Shown: positions 54,524 to 64,000, counted from the first letter of the stretch. The stretch: 64,000 bases of DNA from Parasphingorhabdus sp. (GCF_039982395.1 NZ_JBDWYO010000001.1:928698-992697), one strand, 5' to 3'. Numbers and translations: made by a program. Notes: generated from the sequence alone by a model not told the origin.

Positions 54524-55942
54524 TCAGAAATAGCGAGCGAATTTGAAATTAACCCGATGGCGGCTCATTTCGTAGAGGCCATAATTGCTGTCAATGCGCG
54601 AGTAGTTATAGTCGACGGAGGGTGAAAATCCGAGAAATTTGACTTTTCTGCTGCCGACATAAGCACGTGCGAAGCTCCGCCAGTCCTGGCGTTTTTCTGT
54701 GGAATAGAGAAGTAGGGGAGCATCAAATCCGGAGCGACTGACGCTGGCCGATACACCCGCATTCAGGCCGAGTGGTAACTCTCCACCTATTCCAAGGTTG
54801 ACACCGTAGTTGAAGCTAGAGAACCCATCTGCATTGAGCAGGTCACGGCGGGCAAAAACACTCGCTGAGGCAATCAAAGATTTGCCGATAAGATGCTCAT
54901 AGGTGGCATTTGCGCCCAGTTGCCATCCGCTATACGCATCGCTGAGTTGAGATTCTGTGCGACGAGCATCTAGCTCGATGCCCAATCTCTGTCCTTCGCT
55001 CAGGGCCTGTTGATATCCAAACTTACCGCCATATTCACGGGTTGCCAGCTGGCCGCCATACCAGCGCTGCAGACCAACGGCTTGCAGCGAAACACTAGCA
55101 TATTGCGCGATCCGTAGTTCGGGCCCTGCGGCGACTTGTACAACAATATCGTCAGCTGCTTCACCCTTGTAATTCACGATCTTGCTATCCGCATCGAGCA
55201 GCAAAGCCAGTCGCTCGCTCGCTTTTACGCGTATGCCGCCGGAGAAACCGGCGGTTTGGCCGACGCCCGAGCGTTCCCGCGCATTGTCATCCAGCTGCAA
55301 GGGCAATGTAATGGGACCAAAGTTGATGTCGATGGATTCGGCGTCGGTTGCGCCATTGATATTGGTGTCCGGTGCGAAACCGAAGTCGAAACTGAATCGC
55401 CAGATACGCTGATCGCGCAAGATGCTCCGGGTGTTTCGAATGGTCCGGGAGATTTCGTCCGGCAGATTTTCGTCATTTTGTGCGAGGCGGAAATGATAGT
55501 CCGCGCTGGCTTCCTTGCCGGTCAGTAAATAGGCTCTTGCCAATTCAAGCCGCACCCGGGTCTGGCCAGGGTTTTCATTCAATATCGACCGGAATTTTTT
55601 TATCGCGCCTTTTACGTCACCCGTTTCAATGGCGATAAAGCCAGCCAGAAACTGCTGCTGCATTTGCAGTTCAGGTACTTGTCCCAGGGCCTCGACCATG
55701 GGAAGCGCTTTTTGATATTCCTTGGCATGAATCAATGCTTCGGCTTTGGCCAAAAGTTGCTGGGGGGTCACCCGAACATGGCATTGGCCAGCAGCGTCAC
55801 AGGTGGGTTGGACGATCGCCGCCATGTCTGCTGACGCCTCTGCGGCAATCGGTAGCGGCGCTGCGGCCAAGGCGGCCCCTGATGTCGCAGCAGCGACAAA
55901 AGATACAACTGTGGCTTTGCCCAAAATAACGAATCGTGACAC
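54524..55942 (-). CDS. surface lipoprotein assembly modifier (Slam; TPR plus DUF560 outer-membrane barrel)
   Basis: ORF track, 472 aa. It has a signal peptide, TPR-like N-terminal third, then a beta-rich domain ending SVDYNYSRIDSNYGLYEMSRHRVNFKFARYF, with a terminal aromatic residue typical of OM barrels and of DUF560. Confidence 0.7.
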   Translation of the reverse strand: MSRFVILGKATVVSFVAAATSGAALAAAPLPIAAEASADMAAIVQPTCDAAGQCHVRVTPQQLLAKAEALIHAKEYQKALPMVEALGQVPELQMQQQFLAGFIAIETGDVKGAIKKFRSILNENPGQTRVRLELARAYLLTGKEASADYHFRLAQNDENLPDEISRTIRNTRSILRDQRIWRFSFDFGFAPDTNINGATDAESIDINFGPITLPLQLDDNARERSGVGQTAGFSGGIRVKASERLALLLDADSKIVNYKGEAADDIVVQVAAGPELRIAQYASVSLQAVGLQRWYGGQLATREYGGKFGYQQALSEGQRLGIELDARRTESQLSDAYSGWQLGANATYEHLIGKSLIASASVFARRDLLNADGFSSFNYGVNLGIGGELPLGLNAGVSASVSRSGFDAPLLLYSTEKRQDWRSFARAYVGSRKVKFLGFSPSVDYNYSRIDSNYGLYEMSRHRVNFKFARYF

Positions 55943-55951
55943 GATTAGCCT

Positions 55952-57208
55952 CTAAGGCTGCTTGCCGACAAAAGTTCCCAATATATCGATCCGTTCGTCT
56001 GGCGTACCACCTACGATCCGATAACCGCCACCGACTTCTGCACCATTGGGGCCATAAAAAGCGCCGTCGATGCTAGAACCGGCAATGACCAGGTCCAGTC
56101 TGTTGCCACCTGGATTTACGAACCAGGCTTCGCTGAACTGCCCGAAGAAACCGCCTGCGCTAACCAGGTTGATATCGCCTGCACCATTGGCACGAAATTG
56201 GGCGTTTTCCAGAATGCTATGCTGGCGGCTTGTTCCATCAAACAGGGGCGCACCAACAGTTCCATCGAGCGATAGTGCAAATGTGTTGGCGCCGAAGTCG
56301 ACACTGGTCGTTGCTTGGCCGGCAATCCACTGGAAATAGGTATCGAAATTTCCCGTTGTATCGGGTTGGTCGTTGAAGACCATTGTTGCCAGCATTGATC
56401 CTTCGAATGTCCCGGTACCTGTTGTTGGTATTTGATCATTTGGAGTCACTTCTCCGAAGGCAAAGGCACCGCGTTCGAGTTGGTTATTCTGACGAATGAA
56501 CTCTGTGGATGATCCATCAGCATTCTCGATTGTAATATTGCTTACCGAAGCCCTGTTGCGCAAATATCCAGCGAAAGACACATATTGTGTGTCGGTTCCA
56601 GGCGTTTGATAAAAGAAGGTTGTTGAGTCGTAACTGCCGCCCTGATCAGGATCAATCAGGCCAAAGGCAAATTCGCCAGGCACAGAAAAGAACACGTTGT
56701 TTGATGATCCGGATTCAAGGTAGTTGATACCTTGGATACCAAACTGCGCTGAACCCAAATTGGGAGTACCGATTTGTGGTTCAACGACACCGCCGAAATC
56801 TGTGCGGTGGAGAGGATCCTGAAAACGGCTCGTGGCACTCGTTCCAGCAAGGGCGTTGTTAAAGCTGACATCAAAAATCGCATCTCTTGGATTATATGCA
56901 ATGGTGAGATCGCTGTTGCGAACTGTCGTAGCATCACCCTGATAAAGTTGGCTACCTTGGCCGGCGCCGGCCGCTCCTGGCGATTCAACAATGTTGTTAT
57001 AGCTGTGAGATGCGCCAACCGCTGTATAGGTTTTTGGTTCTGTGGGATCGACAAATGTATGAGCTGTTCCGCTCCCGCTGCCGCCACCGCTCGTGCCACC
57101 GCCTGTTCCGCTGCCGGTTGGTGGCGCGCTGCTGCCAGCAGATTGTGGGCCGGCTCCACCGCAGGCGGCGAGCATCGTTGTACTGGCAAGTAAAATCAAA
57201 AGGCGCAT
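55952..57208 (-). CDS. surface lipoprotein candidate with a TbpB/fHbp-like C-terminal barrel (putative Slam substrate)
   Basis: ORF track, 418 aa. It has a lipobox (LLASTTMLAAC), a Gly/Ser-rich linker, and the C-terminal motif GAFYGPNGAEVGGGYRIVG...GTFVGKQ, as in TbpB-like handle/barrel lipoproteins. It lies 9 nt upstream of the Slam start. Confidence 0.6.
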   Translation of the reverse strand: MRLLILLASTTMLAACGGAGPQSAGSSAPPTGSGTGGGTSGGGSGSGTAHTFVDPTEPKTYTAVGASHSYNNIVESPGAAGAGQGSQLYQGDATTVRNSDLTIAYNPRDAIFDVSFNNALAGTSATSRFQDPLHRTDFGGVVEPQIGTPNLGSAQFGIQGINYLESGSSNNVFFSVPGEFAFGLIDPDQGGSYDSTTFFYQTPGTDTQYVSFAGYLRNRASVSNITIENADGSSTEFIRQNNQLERGAFAFGEVTPNDQIPTTGTGTFEGSMLATMVFNDQPDTTGNFDTYFQWIAGQATTSVDFGANTFALSLDGTVGAPLFDGTSRQHSILENAQFRANGAGDINLVSAGGFFGQFSEAWFVNPGGNRLDLVIAGSSIDGAFYGPNGAEVGGGYRIVGGTPDERIDILGTFVGKQP

Positions 57209-57349
57209 CGGAAAAATTCCTCACATGAGTTCCACATGAGGGCGGTGCTATCAGTTGAATGGTTAAATTCGCGTAAACCATAGCGTGTTTTTGCCCGCCC
57301 CTGCTCAATGATTCGCAGGGCCGCGTAACGATGGAGCCAAGGTTTTTGG

Positions 57350-58126
57350 TTACTTTCCGCGCTTCTTTCGTTCACTATTCAGGTCTGTCACTTCACTGGA
57401 ACCCTCTGGAAAGAGGCCTAGGCGACGCGCAACTTCTTGATATGCCTCGGCTTCTCCGCCCAGATCGCGACGAAACCGGTCTTTGTCGAGCTTTTCATTG
57501 GTCTTGAGGTCCCACAGCCGACAACTGTCCGGACTGATTTCGTCGGCCAGGATGATCCGCGAGAAGTCACCTTCGAAGATTCTACCGAACTCTAGTTTGA
57601 AATCGACAAGCTTGATTCCGATGCCTGCAAACATGCCGGCCATGAAATCGTTGATACGGATAGCCATGGCCGAAATGTCCTGCATTTCCTCCTGGCTGGC
57701 CCAAGCGAAACAGGCGATATGCTCTTCGGCGACCAATGGATCTCCCAGTGCATCATCCTTGTAACAATATTCCAGCAAAGTATGGGGCAGCGCAGTACCC
57801 TCTTCAATGCCCAGTCGCTTGGACAGAGAGCCTGCGGCCACATTGCGGACGATCACTTCGATGGGGACAATCTCGACCTGCTTGACGAGCTGCTCGCGCA
57901 TATTGAGGCGGCGAATGAAGTGACTCGGTATGCCGATATTGCCAAGCAATGTGAAAATATGTTCGCTGATGCGATTGTTGATCACACCCTTGCCATTGAT
58001 CGTGCCTTTTTTCTCCGCATTGAAGGCGGTGGCATCATCTTTGAAATATTGGATGATGGTGCCCGGTTCGGGACCTTCATAGAGAATCTTGGCCTTGCCT
58101 TCGTAAATTTGGCGGCGACGGGACAT
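57350..58126 (-). CDS. purC: phosphoribosylaminoimidazole-succinocarboxamide synthase
   Basis: ORF track frame 57350-58165. The ATG at 58126 gives [18 protein letters not shown]. Confidence 0.9.
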   Translation of the reverse strand: MSRRRQIYEGKAKILYEGPEPGTIIQYFKDDATAFNAEKKGTINGKGVINNRISEHIFTLLGNIGIPSHFIRRLNMREQLVKQVEIVPIEVIVRNVAAGSLSKRLGIEEGTALPHTLLEYCYKDDALGDPLVAEEHIACFAWASQEEMQDISAMAIRINDFMAGMFAGIGIKLVDFKLEFGRIFEGDFSRIILADEISPDSCRLWDLKTNEKLDKDRFRRDLGGEAEAYQEVARRLGLFPEGSSEVTDLNSERKKRGK

Positions 58127-58247
58127 TGCTTGGTTCCACTTTGCAAAGAGAGCGACAAAAATCATGCCCCGGCAAACCGAATCGTATGATTTCGATTGAA
58201 CCGGGGCTTTGAGTCTTACTTATATGCGAAACTGATTGGCGGTGCAA

Positions 58248-59165
58248 TCAATCGTCTGACGCTGCGGCAAGTTCGATCCGGCGGCCCCAGAATGTGCGGT
58301 CAGTGGATTTGAACCGGCGGCGCAGATATACCGCGAGCATCAGGATCAAAATCCAGGGTAAGGTGATCGCAAAAAAGCTGATAGCCGCCCCAACCGAAGA
58401 CCCCAAGGTAGATGCGACTCCGGCAAAAGCTTCGCGGATCGGTCGAAGGAAGCCGCCGGCCCCCGGTGCACCGGACTGATAGTTCACCGTGATTTTGCTG
58501 AAGGCGACGCGACCCCGCATTTCTTTGAGCCAACTGCGCGCCTGATCAATTTCTTCATTCACCTGGGTTACGGCCCGTTCTGCTTCGACCAGTTCCTTAA
58601 CCGAACCGCTTTTGGTGCGGAGCAATTCTGTCAGACGCTGCGACAACAATACACGGCTGCGCAACCGGGCTTCGGTATCGACAATCTGCTTGGATAGATC
58701 CTCACCGCTTATGGAGGCCGCGATTTGACTGCCTTCATAATCTTCCATCGCTTGCGCCATGGCGGTGCCAAAGCCGCGGGCCTGACGCGCGGCGACTTCT
58801 ATGTGAAGCATCCCGGTCGCATAGTCGCCTTCACCACCGCTATTTTCCATGTTGAGGACGCGGCAAATTTTGGGCCCGCGTTGTTCACAAAGCGAGACAT
58901 GGGCTTGCTGCGCTGCGGGTATCTCGCTTGCCGGCAATCGGAAACCAAATTGATAGCGGTAGGCAATTTGCGGCACGGAAACGGGAATATCTCCTCCAGC
59001 GACGGTCTCTGTTTTTGCAGAGCCGGCAAAATTTTCAGCTTGCACTGCATCGGCCGGCGCTTCCGCGGCGCTTTCCACCATGTCATATGCAACCGCATTG
59101 TCTGCGTTATCGCTGCAGCCGGCCAAAGCAATTACGCCCGCGGTGATTAAGAAAGATTTTCGCAT
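58248..59165 (-). CDS. DUF4349-like lipoprotein with coiled-coil and C-terminal TM segments
   Basis: ORF track frame 58248-59186. The ATG at 59165 gives the lipobox MRKSFLITAGVIALAGC. The architecture matches my memory of DUF4349. Confidence 0.55.
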   Translation of the reverse strand: MRKSFLITAGVIALAGCSDNADNAVAYDMVESAAEAPADAVQAENFAGSAKTETVAGGDIPVSVPQIAYRYQFGFRLPASEIPAAQQAHVSLCEQRGPKICRVLNMENSGGEGDYATGMLHIEVAARQARGFGTAMAQAMEDYEGSQIAASISGEDLSKQIVDTEARLRSRVLLSQRLTELLRTKSGSVKELVEAERAVTQVNEEIDQARSWLKEMRGRVAFSKITVNYQSGAPGAGGFLRPIREAFAGVASTLGSSVGAAISFFAITLPWILILMLAVYLRRRFKSTDRTFWGRRIELAAASDD

Positions 59166-59374
59166 AAGGATTGGTCCTCTTTGCAAGTGGGAGATTGTTT
59201 GAATAAATGAGATATCATAACATAGTCAACGGTGAATCGTTATATATGTACGACGAAATGACATAATCGCTAGATTTGCGCCTGATGCATCACCGATATT
59301 TCCTATAGATTGCCATCGAACCGACGATCCAGCGGAGATATGCCATCACCAAATATGCCACAATCGATGAAGTC

Positions 59375-59806
59375 ATGGACACTCTATATGATTGTATTTC
59401 CGGGCCGCCAGGTGGACAGGACTGGGAACGGGACCGTGAAATTTATCACCCCCGTGGGCTGATTACCCGCACGCGGATCGAAGACGGCAAACCGGTTGCT
59501 TATACATTTAGCTATGACGAATTTGTGGAAGCAACGATCCCGTTGCTTGAAGGCCGAAGCTTTTACGAGATAGAGATTGGGCGCAAGACCGATATATTTG
59601 GCCAGATTGCCCATGTCTATTCAGCCTATGAAGCGCGCGAAACGCCAGAGCATCCGGATATTCAATTTCGTGGTGTGAATATGGTGCATTTGTGGAACGA
59701 TAGTATCGCTGAAAATGGAAAGCCTGACGGTCGGTGGTGGATCATGGGAATAATTTGGGACAACGAACGGGACGGGCTGGATTTGCCCGAAGAATGGCTT
59801 TCCTAA
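59375..59806 (+). CDS. hypothetical protein (possibly NTF2-like fold)
   Basis: ORF track, 143 aa. Its stop overlaps the next ATG (TAATG at 59804-59808). No confident family. Confidence 0.45.
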   Translation: MDTLYDCISGPPGGQDWERDREIYHPRGLITRTRIEDGKPVAYTFSYDEFVEATIPLLEGRSFYEIEIGRKTDIFGQIAHVYSAYEARETPEHPDIQFRGVNMVHLWNDSIAENGKPDGRWWIMGIIWDNERDGLDLPEEWLS

Positions 59807-60588
59807 TGACAGAGATCAGCGGGAAGTTTTTTCCGGCTCTCGCTATGACATTATTGTCGGCAGCATTGACGTTCAGCTTTCTGATGATCGTTGGTCCGGA
59901 TTGGACGCTCCATGCACCAGCAAGCTGCACCGAAACCAAATGCTTCTGCGAGATGCCAAGGCCTGGCGCGCTAATAGTGCAGCCAGCCAATAGCATTTCG
60001 TCCTTCGGATATGTCTTTGCGGGTTTTCTGATGATCTTGCTGGCGCGATCACGAAACAGGGTGTCGGCGTTTCCGCCGATGGCCGCCGGTGTTCTGGGGA
60101 TGGCAGCTATCATCGTCGGGATCGGCTCCGTCCTGCTCCACGCGACGTTGACTTTATGGGGTCAGTTTTTTGATGTGCTCGGAATGTATCTGGTCAGCGG
60201 CTTTTTTCTGGTCAGTGCGCTCGCAAAATGGCGCGACATTCCTGACCGGCGCGCGATGATCTATTATGCATTGCTATGCGGGGTGCTCGTCGCAATCCTC
60301 TACGCGCTGCCAGAAGTTCGGCGTTGGCTTTTCGCGGTTGTCCTTGTGGTAGCGATCTGCCTTGAACTCGTTTTAGCAAGACCGATGCGTTTCCAAGTCC
60401 GGACCGGCTATTATATTTCGGGCCTGATCGCAAACGCCGTTGCTTTTACGATCTGGAATCTGGATCAACGCGGACAGCTGTGCGAGCCGGAGAGCTTGTT
60501 GCAGGGCCACGCGATCTGGCATTTGTTGGGTGCTGTGGCACTATGGTTTGCATTCCTCTATTATCGCAGCGAGCGGTCTGCGACGTAA
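59806..60588 (+). CDS. ceramidase-family (alkaline ceramidase/PAQR-like) integral membrane protein
   Basis: ORF track frame 59734-60588. The ATG at 59806 gives MTEISGKFF. It has 7 hydrophobic segments with the conserved-looking motifs SVLLHATLTLWGQFFDVLGM and GHAIWHLLGA. Confidence 0.55.
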   Translation: MTEISGKFFPALAMTLLSAALTFSFLMIVGPDWTLHAPASCTETKCFCEMPRPGALIVQPANSISSFGYVFAGFLMILLARSRNRVSAFPPMAAGVLGMAAIIVGIGSVLLHATLTLWGQFFDVLGMYLVSGFFLVSALAKWRDIPDRRAMIYYALLCGVLVAILYALPEVRRWLFAVVLVVAICLELVLARPMRFQVRTGYYISGLIANAVAFTIWNLDQRGQLCEPESLLQGHAIWHLLGAVALWFAFLYYRSERSAT

Positions 60589-60671
60589 AAATACTTTCCG
60601 TGTGCAAATCCTTCATCATTCCGCCACTTTCCCTCTACCAACCCTGAATCCACCCTGCTATCGCAGTCCTT

Positions 60672-62945
60672 ATGAGTGATGTTACTGAAGCTCCGCCAGA
60701 GGAGCCCGACGATGAATTTGACGCGATAGTCGAAGCCCCTTTTGATGCGGCGATTTCCGAGCGTTATCTGATCTACGCCATGTCCACGATCACCGCACGA
60801 TCGCTGCCTGACTTGCGTGATGGGCTGAAGCCTGTGCATCGCCGCCTCTTATGGGCGATGCGTTTGCTCAAGCTCGATCCGTCACAGGGGTATAAAAAAT
60901 GTGCCCGCGTCGTTGGCGATGTCATCGGTAAATACCACCCGCACGGAGACCAGTCGGTCTATGATGCCATGGTTCGGCTCGCTCAGACATTCTCGCTGCG
61001 CTACCCTTTGGTCGACGGTCAGGGGAATTTCGGGAATATTGATGGCGATAATGCCGCCGCCTATCGGTATACGGAAGCCAAGCTAACCCGCACGGCGATC
61101 GAGCTGATGAGCGGTCTGGATGAGAATGCTGCCGATCTAAAACCCACCTATAACGGCGAAGACGAAGAACCCGAGGTCATGCCTGGCCTGTTCCCAAACT
61201 TGCTCGCCAATGGCGCTAGTGGGATTGCGGTGGGCATGGCGACCAGTATTCCGTCGCATAATGTGCACGAAATTATCGATGCAGCGACCTTGTTGATCGA
61301 TTCTCCCAAAGCCGAACATGCCGAGATCATGGAAATCATCAAAGGACCAGATCTCGCAACCGGCGGCACATTGGTGGACCCAAAGTCGGTCATTGATGCT
61401 GCCTATGAAAGCGGACGCGGCGCGATGCGGGTGCGCTGCAAGTGGGAAAAGGAAGACGCCGAGGGGCGTGGCGCGTGGCAGATCGTCGTCACTGAAATTC
61501 CCTATCAGGTGCAAAAGGGCAAGCTGATCGAGCAGATCGCCCAGATCATTGCCGATAAGAAACTACCGATCCTTTCCGACATTCGCGATGAATCCGATGA
61601 GCAGATTCGGATCGTACTGGAACCAAAGAGTCGCGCGGTTGATCCTGAGGATCTGATGAACGCCTTGTTCCGCATGTCTGATCTGGAAAACCGGTTCTCG
61701 CTCAACATGAATGTGCTCGACAAGGACCGGGTGCCCAAAGTGATGGGCATCACCGAAGTGTTGAAGCACTGGATTGTCCATCAGATTGAAGTGTTGGTCC
61801 GTCGTTCACAACACAGGCTCGACAAGATCGATGCCCGGCTGGAACTGCTTGAAGGCTATATCATTGCCTATCTCAATCTCGACCGGGTGATCGAGATAAT
61901 CCGTAATCATGACGAACCCAAGCCAATGTTGATGGACGAGTTTAAACTGACCGATCGTCAGGCAGAAGCGATCCTCAACATGCGTTTGCGGTCTTTGCGC
62001 AAGCTAGAAGAAATGGAATTGCGGACCGAGCGTGACAAGCTTCTCGCAGAACGCGATGGGCTGAAGAAGCTGATCGAGAGTCCGGCGCGTCAGAAGACAC
62101 GGCTCAAAAAAGACCTGGCCGAAATGCGGAAGCTTTATGCTGAGGATACAGCATTGGGTGCGCGACGGACGATGTTGATCGAAGCGGCGCCTGCGCGTGA
62201 AATATCGCTCGAAGCCTTTATCGAGAAAGAGCCTGTCACTGTGATCATGTCGCAACGCGGCTGGATCAAGGCCATGAAAGGGCACGCGGACCTTGCGGCG
62301 CCCGACAGCTTTAAATTCAAGGAAGGCGATGGACCGAAATTCGCCTTTCATGCGCAGACGACCGACAAGCTTTTGATGTGCTGTGACAACGGGCGCTTCT
62401 ACACCATAGGCGCGGACAAATTGCCGGGCGCCCGCGGTTTTGGTGAACCTGTTGGATCAATGGTCGATCTCGAAGCTGGCGCGGAACCGATTGTGCTGAT
62501 GGTCGCCGATATGAAGGCCAAGCTTTTGCTTGCTTCTACTTGGGGGCGGGGTTTTGTTGCGAACATCGCTGATGTTGTGGCTGAAACGAAAAAGGGGCGT
62601 CAAGTTGCCAATCTGAAAGGCGACGCGCGGCTTTTGGTTGTACGCCCGATTCCCGAAGGTGCAGATCATGTCGCAGCCATTGGTGAAAACCGTAAATTGG
62701 TTGTTTTCTCTCTCTCCGAAATGCCGGAAATGGCAAAGGGGCAGGGTGTGATGTTGCAGCGCTATAAAGATGGCGGAATGTCAGACGCGACCGTATTCAA
62801 ATTGGAAGAAGGGTTGAGCTGGGCTATGGGCGGCGACAGCGGCCGAACCCGGACCGAGAATGACCTAACCATGTGGCGTGTCGCGCGTGGCGCTGCGGGG
62901 CGTTTGCCACCGACAGGTTTCCCCAAGACAGGAAAGTTCGATTGA
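60672..62945 (+). CDS. parC: DNA topoisomerase IV subunit A
   Basis: ORF track, 757 aa, with DGLKPVHRR and AAYRYTEAKL (catalytic Tyr). The length and the lack of a GyrA-box-length C-terminal domain favour ParC over GyrA. Confidence 0.85.
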   Translation: MSDVTEAPPEEPDDEFDAIVEAPFDAAISERYLIYAMSTITARSLPDLRDGLKPVHRRLLWAMRLLKLDPSQGYKKCARVVGDVIGKYHPHGDQSVYDAMVRLAQTFSLRYPLVDGQGNFGNIDGDNAAAYRYTEAKLTRTAIELMSGLDENAADLKPTYNGEDEEPEVMPGLFPNLLANGASGIAVGMATSIPSHNVHEIIDAATLLIDSPKAEHAEIMEIIKGPDLATGGTLVDPKSVIDAAYESGRGAMRVRCKWEKEDAEGRGAWQIVVTEIPYQVQKGKLIEQIAQIIADKKLPILSDIRDESDEQIRIVLEPKSRAVDPEDLMNALFRMSDLENRFSLNMNVLDKDRVPKVMGITEVLKHWIVHQIEVLVRRSQHRLDKIDARLELLEGYIIAYLNLDRVIEIIRNHDEPKPMLMDEFKLTDRQAEAILNMRLRSLRKLEEMELRTERDKLLAERDGLKKLIESPARQKTRLKKDLAEMRKLYAEDTALGARRTMLIEAAPAREISLEAFIEKEPVTVIMSQRGWIKAMKGHADLAAPDSFKFKEGDGPKFAFHAQTTDKLLMCCDNGRFYTIGADKLPGARGFGEPVGSMVDLEAGAEPIVLMVADMKAKLLLASTWGRGFVANIADVVAETKKGRQVANLKGDARLLVVRPIPEGADHVAAIGENRKLVVFSLSEMPEMAKGQGVMLQRYKDGGMSDATVFKLEEGLSWAMGGDSGRTRTENDLTMWRVARGAAGRLPPTGFPKTGKFD

Positions 62946-63129
62946 CAGGCTAGTCCTGGGCGCATTGTATCTTCTAGATACTTAGTTGCTGAAATATTCG
63001 ACAGAAGTTTAAAATTCTGTATCATGCGCCACAAGTGATTCTACTTAGTTGACTTAGCGTAAAAAAAGGACTCATCTTTCCAAATGTCAATTGATCGCGT
63101 CGTTTATTTTAGGGAAGTTTTCTGAACCG

Positions 63130-63303
63130 ATGAACAGTGACACAGAGGCCTTGCAGGACTGGGTTGATCAACTCGAGCAGATTCTTGAAAATCTGGATTC
63201 GATCGACGCGAAAATTGCCGCAATCCATGTCGACATTGCGATTTTGGAACTGTGCGAAATCGGTGAGATCGAAAGAAAGAGTCGAGCGACAAAAGCCGCT
63301 TAA
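63130..63303 (+). CDS. small acidic hypothetical protein
   Basis: ORF track frame 63091-63303. I preferred the ATG at 63130 (MNSDTEALQDWVDQLEQ). It lies in an AT-rich region and has no family, so coding status is uncertain. Confidence 0.3.
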   Translation: MNSDTEALQDWVDQLEQILENLDSIDAKIAAIHVDIAILELCEIGEIERKSRATKAA

Positions 63304-63322
63304 CTTCGCCCTGATATCATAT

Positions 63323-63712
63323 TCAGAAATTGGCGAGTTCGCGGCCGATTATTCTGAGCGCATTGCTGGTTAGTGTATCCCCGGTTTCGGTCAATGCTAG
63401 AGACATTCTCTCCGTAACCGCGGCATCCTTGTTTTTTGTGATCAGGTCGATATCGATCAAAAAGGTCACATATCTTATCATCGTGCCGATCGCCACATTG
63501 TGCGTGACCGCCATATCATGAGATGTGACCGGTTCTTCCGTTTCTTTTGAAGCAATCAAGTCCATCAGAATATTCCAGGCGACGTCATCGATCTCGGGTT
63601 TTCTATCGCGGAAATATTCGGTCCGGATGGCACGACTTTTCAGCAATAGCATCGCGGTTTTCGCGGTATCTATTGTACGCCTCTCGTCGATCTGAATGAC
63701 CAAGCCAGTCAT
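63323..63712 (-). CDS. hypothetical protein, possibly a winged-helix DNA-binding protein
   Basis: ORF track, 129 aa. The segment HDMAVTHNVAIGTMIRYVTFLIDIDLITK resembles a MarR-like recognition helix/wing. This is a weak call. Confidence 0.4.
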   Translation of the reverse strand: MTGLVIQIDERRTIDTAKTAMLLLKSRAIRTEYFRDRKPEIDDVAWNILMDLIASKETEEPVTSHDMAVTHNVAIGTMIRYVTFLIDIDLITKNKDAAVTERMSLALTETGDTLTSNALRIIGRELANF

Positions 63713-63822
63713 TATAAACCACTCCAGTGTGCGATGAAGCGCAAAGTCGACAAGGACGATTGCAACATCAAATTTTTTCGCTCGTGCATATCTACCTCTT
63801 TTGAAGGTCTATCAGGAGCGCG

Positions 63823-63842
63823 TACCAACCGATCGGTTGGTA
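63823..63842. promoter_or_regulatory. perfect 20-bp palindrome TACCAACCGATCGGTTGGTA (operator candidate)
   Basis: Read directly from the sequence, and it is self-complementary over all 20 nt. It lies between the winged-helix-like gene and a partial regulator-like ORF starting at 63951. Confidence 0.45.
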
Positions 63843-63950
63843 GTCAATTATGATTGATAGATATGCTTAAGATTAATAAGAACTATCCAAATTAGTGGGG
63901 CGAGCAGCGCAGCATTTTACATCGACCAATTGTCCTGTTATGCGCGCGCT

Positions 63951-64000
63951 ATGAGCACTCGGGTAACCATCATGGACGTCGCCGCCGAAGCGGTTCGCAA
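63951..64000 (+). CDS. 5-prime end of an ORF whose N-terminus resembles a LacI-family HTH (runs off the right edge)
   Basis: My translation is MSTRVTIMDVAAEAVR. The VTIxDVA start is typical of LacI/GalR regulators, but only 16 codons are visible. Confidence 0.3.
   Translation, partial: MSTRVTIMDVAAEAVR

Overview
This is a 64-kb chromosomal window from a moderately GC-rich alphaproteobacterium. Gene content suggests Sphingomonadales: cpdR next to an N-formylglutamate amidohydrolase, plant-type glutamate-cysteine ligase, split pntAA/pntAB/pntB, a DUF6127-like gene in a GTA cluster, and a ceramidase-like protein. That taxonomic call is inference only.

Most of the window is housekeeping or ordinary accessory metabolism: rpmF-plsX-fabH, tRNA-Val, a DEAD-box helicase, the pnt operon, dinB, gshA, purC/purS/purQ, parC, transporters and regulators. 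The left edge carries the end of an exosortase-A-type exopolysaccharide locus.

The stand-out region is a 15.8-kb RcGTA-type gene transfer agent head-tail cluster at 36080-51927. It has no integrase, replication, lysis or attachment functions, and it shows several atypical features:
- Two roughly 200-bp nested-palindromic repeat elements sit in opposite orientation and bracket the head-gene block.
- A foreign-looking secreted-protein gene with its own intrinsic terminator is inserted between the prohead protease and the capsid gene.
- A 784-aa protein carries the DUF2460 distal-tail domain only at its C-terminus, paired with an unusually short g15-like protein.
- Several terminator-like structures lie inside what should be one operon.

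Other items worth a second look:
- An orphan phage-type S24 repressor / small divergent gene switch with three regularly spaced operator-like sites (3143-4444).
- A Slam (DUF560) plus TbpB-like surface lipoprotein pair splitting the purC / purS-purQ cluster.
- An exported-protein ORF translationally coupled inside the pnt operon.
- A beta-helix / dihaem cytochrome pair of unknown function.
- A candidate terminator-ended small RNA downstream of the SapC-family gene.

I saw no CRISPR array, rRNA, transposase or integrase. All family assignments come from reading the translated ORFs and recalling motifs. No database search was run, so domain names are hypotheses until checked with HMM or structure searches.
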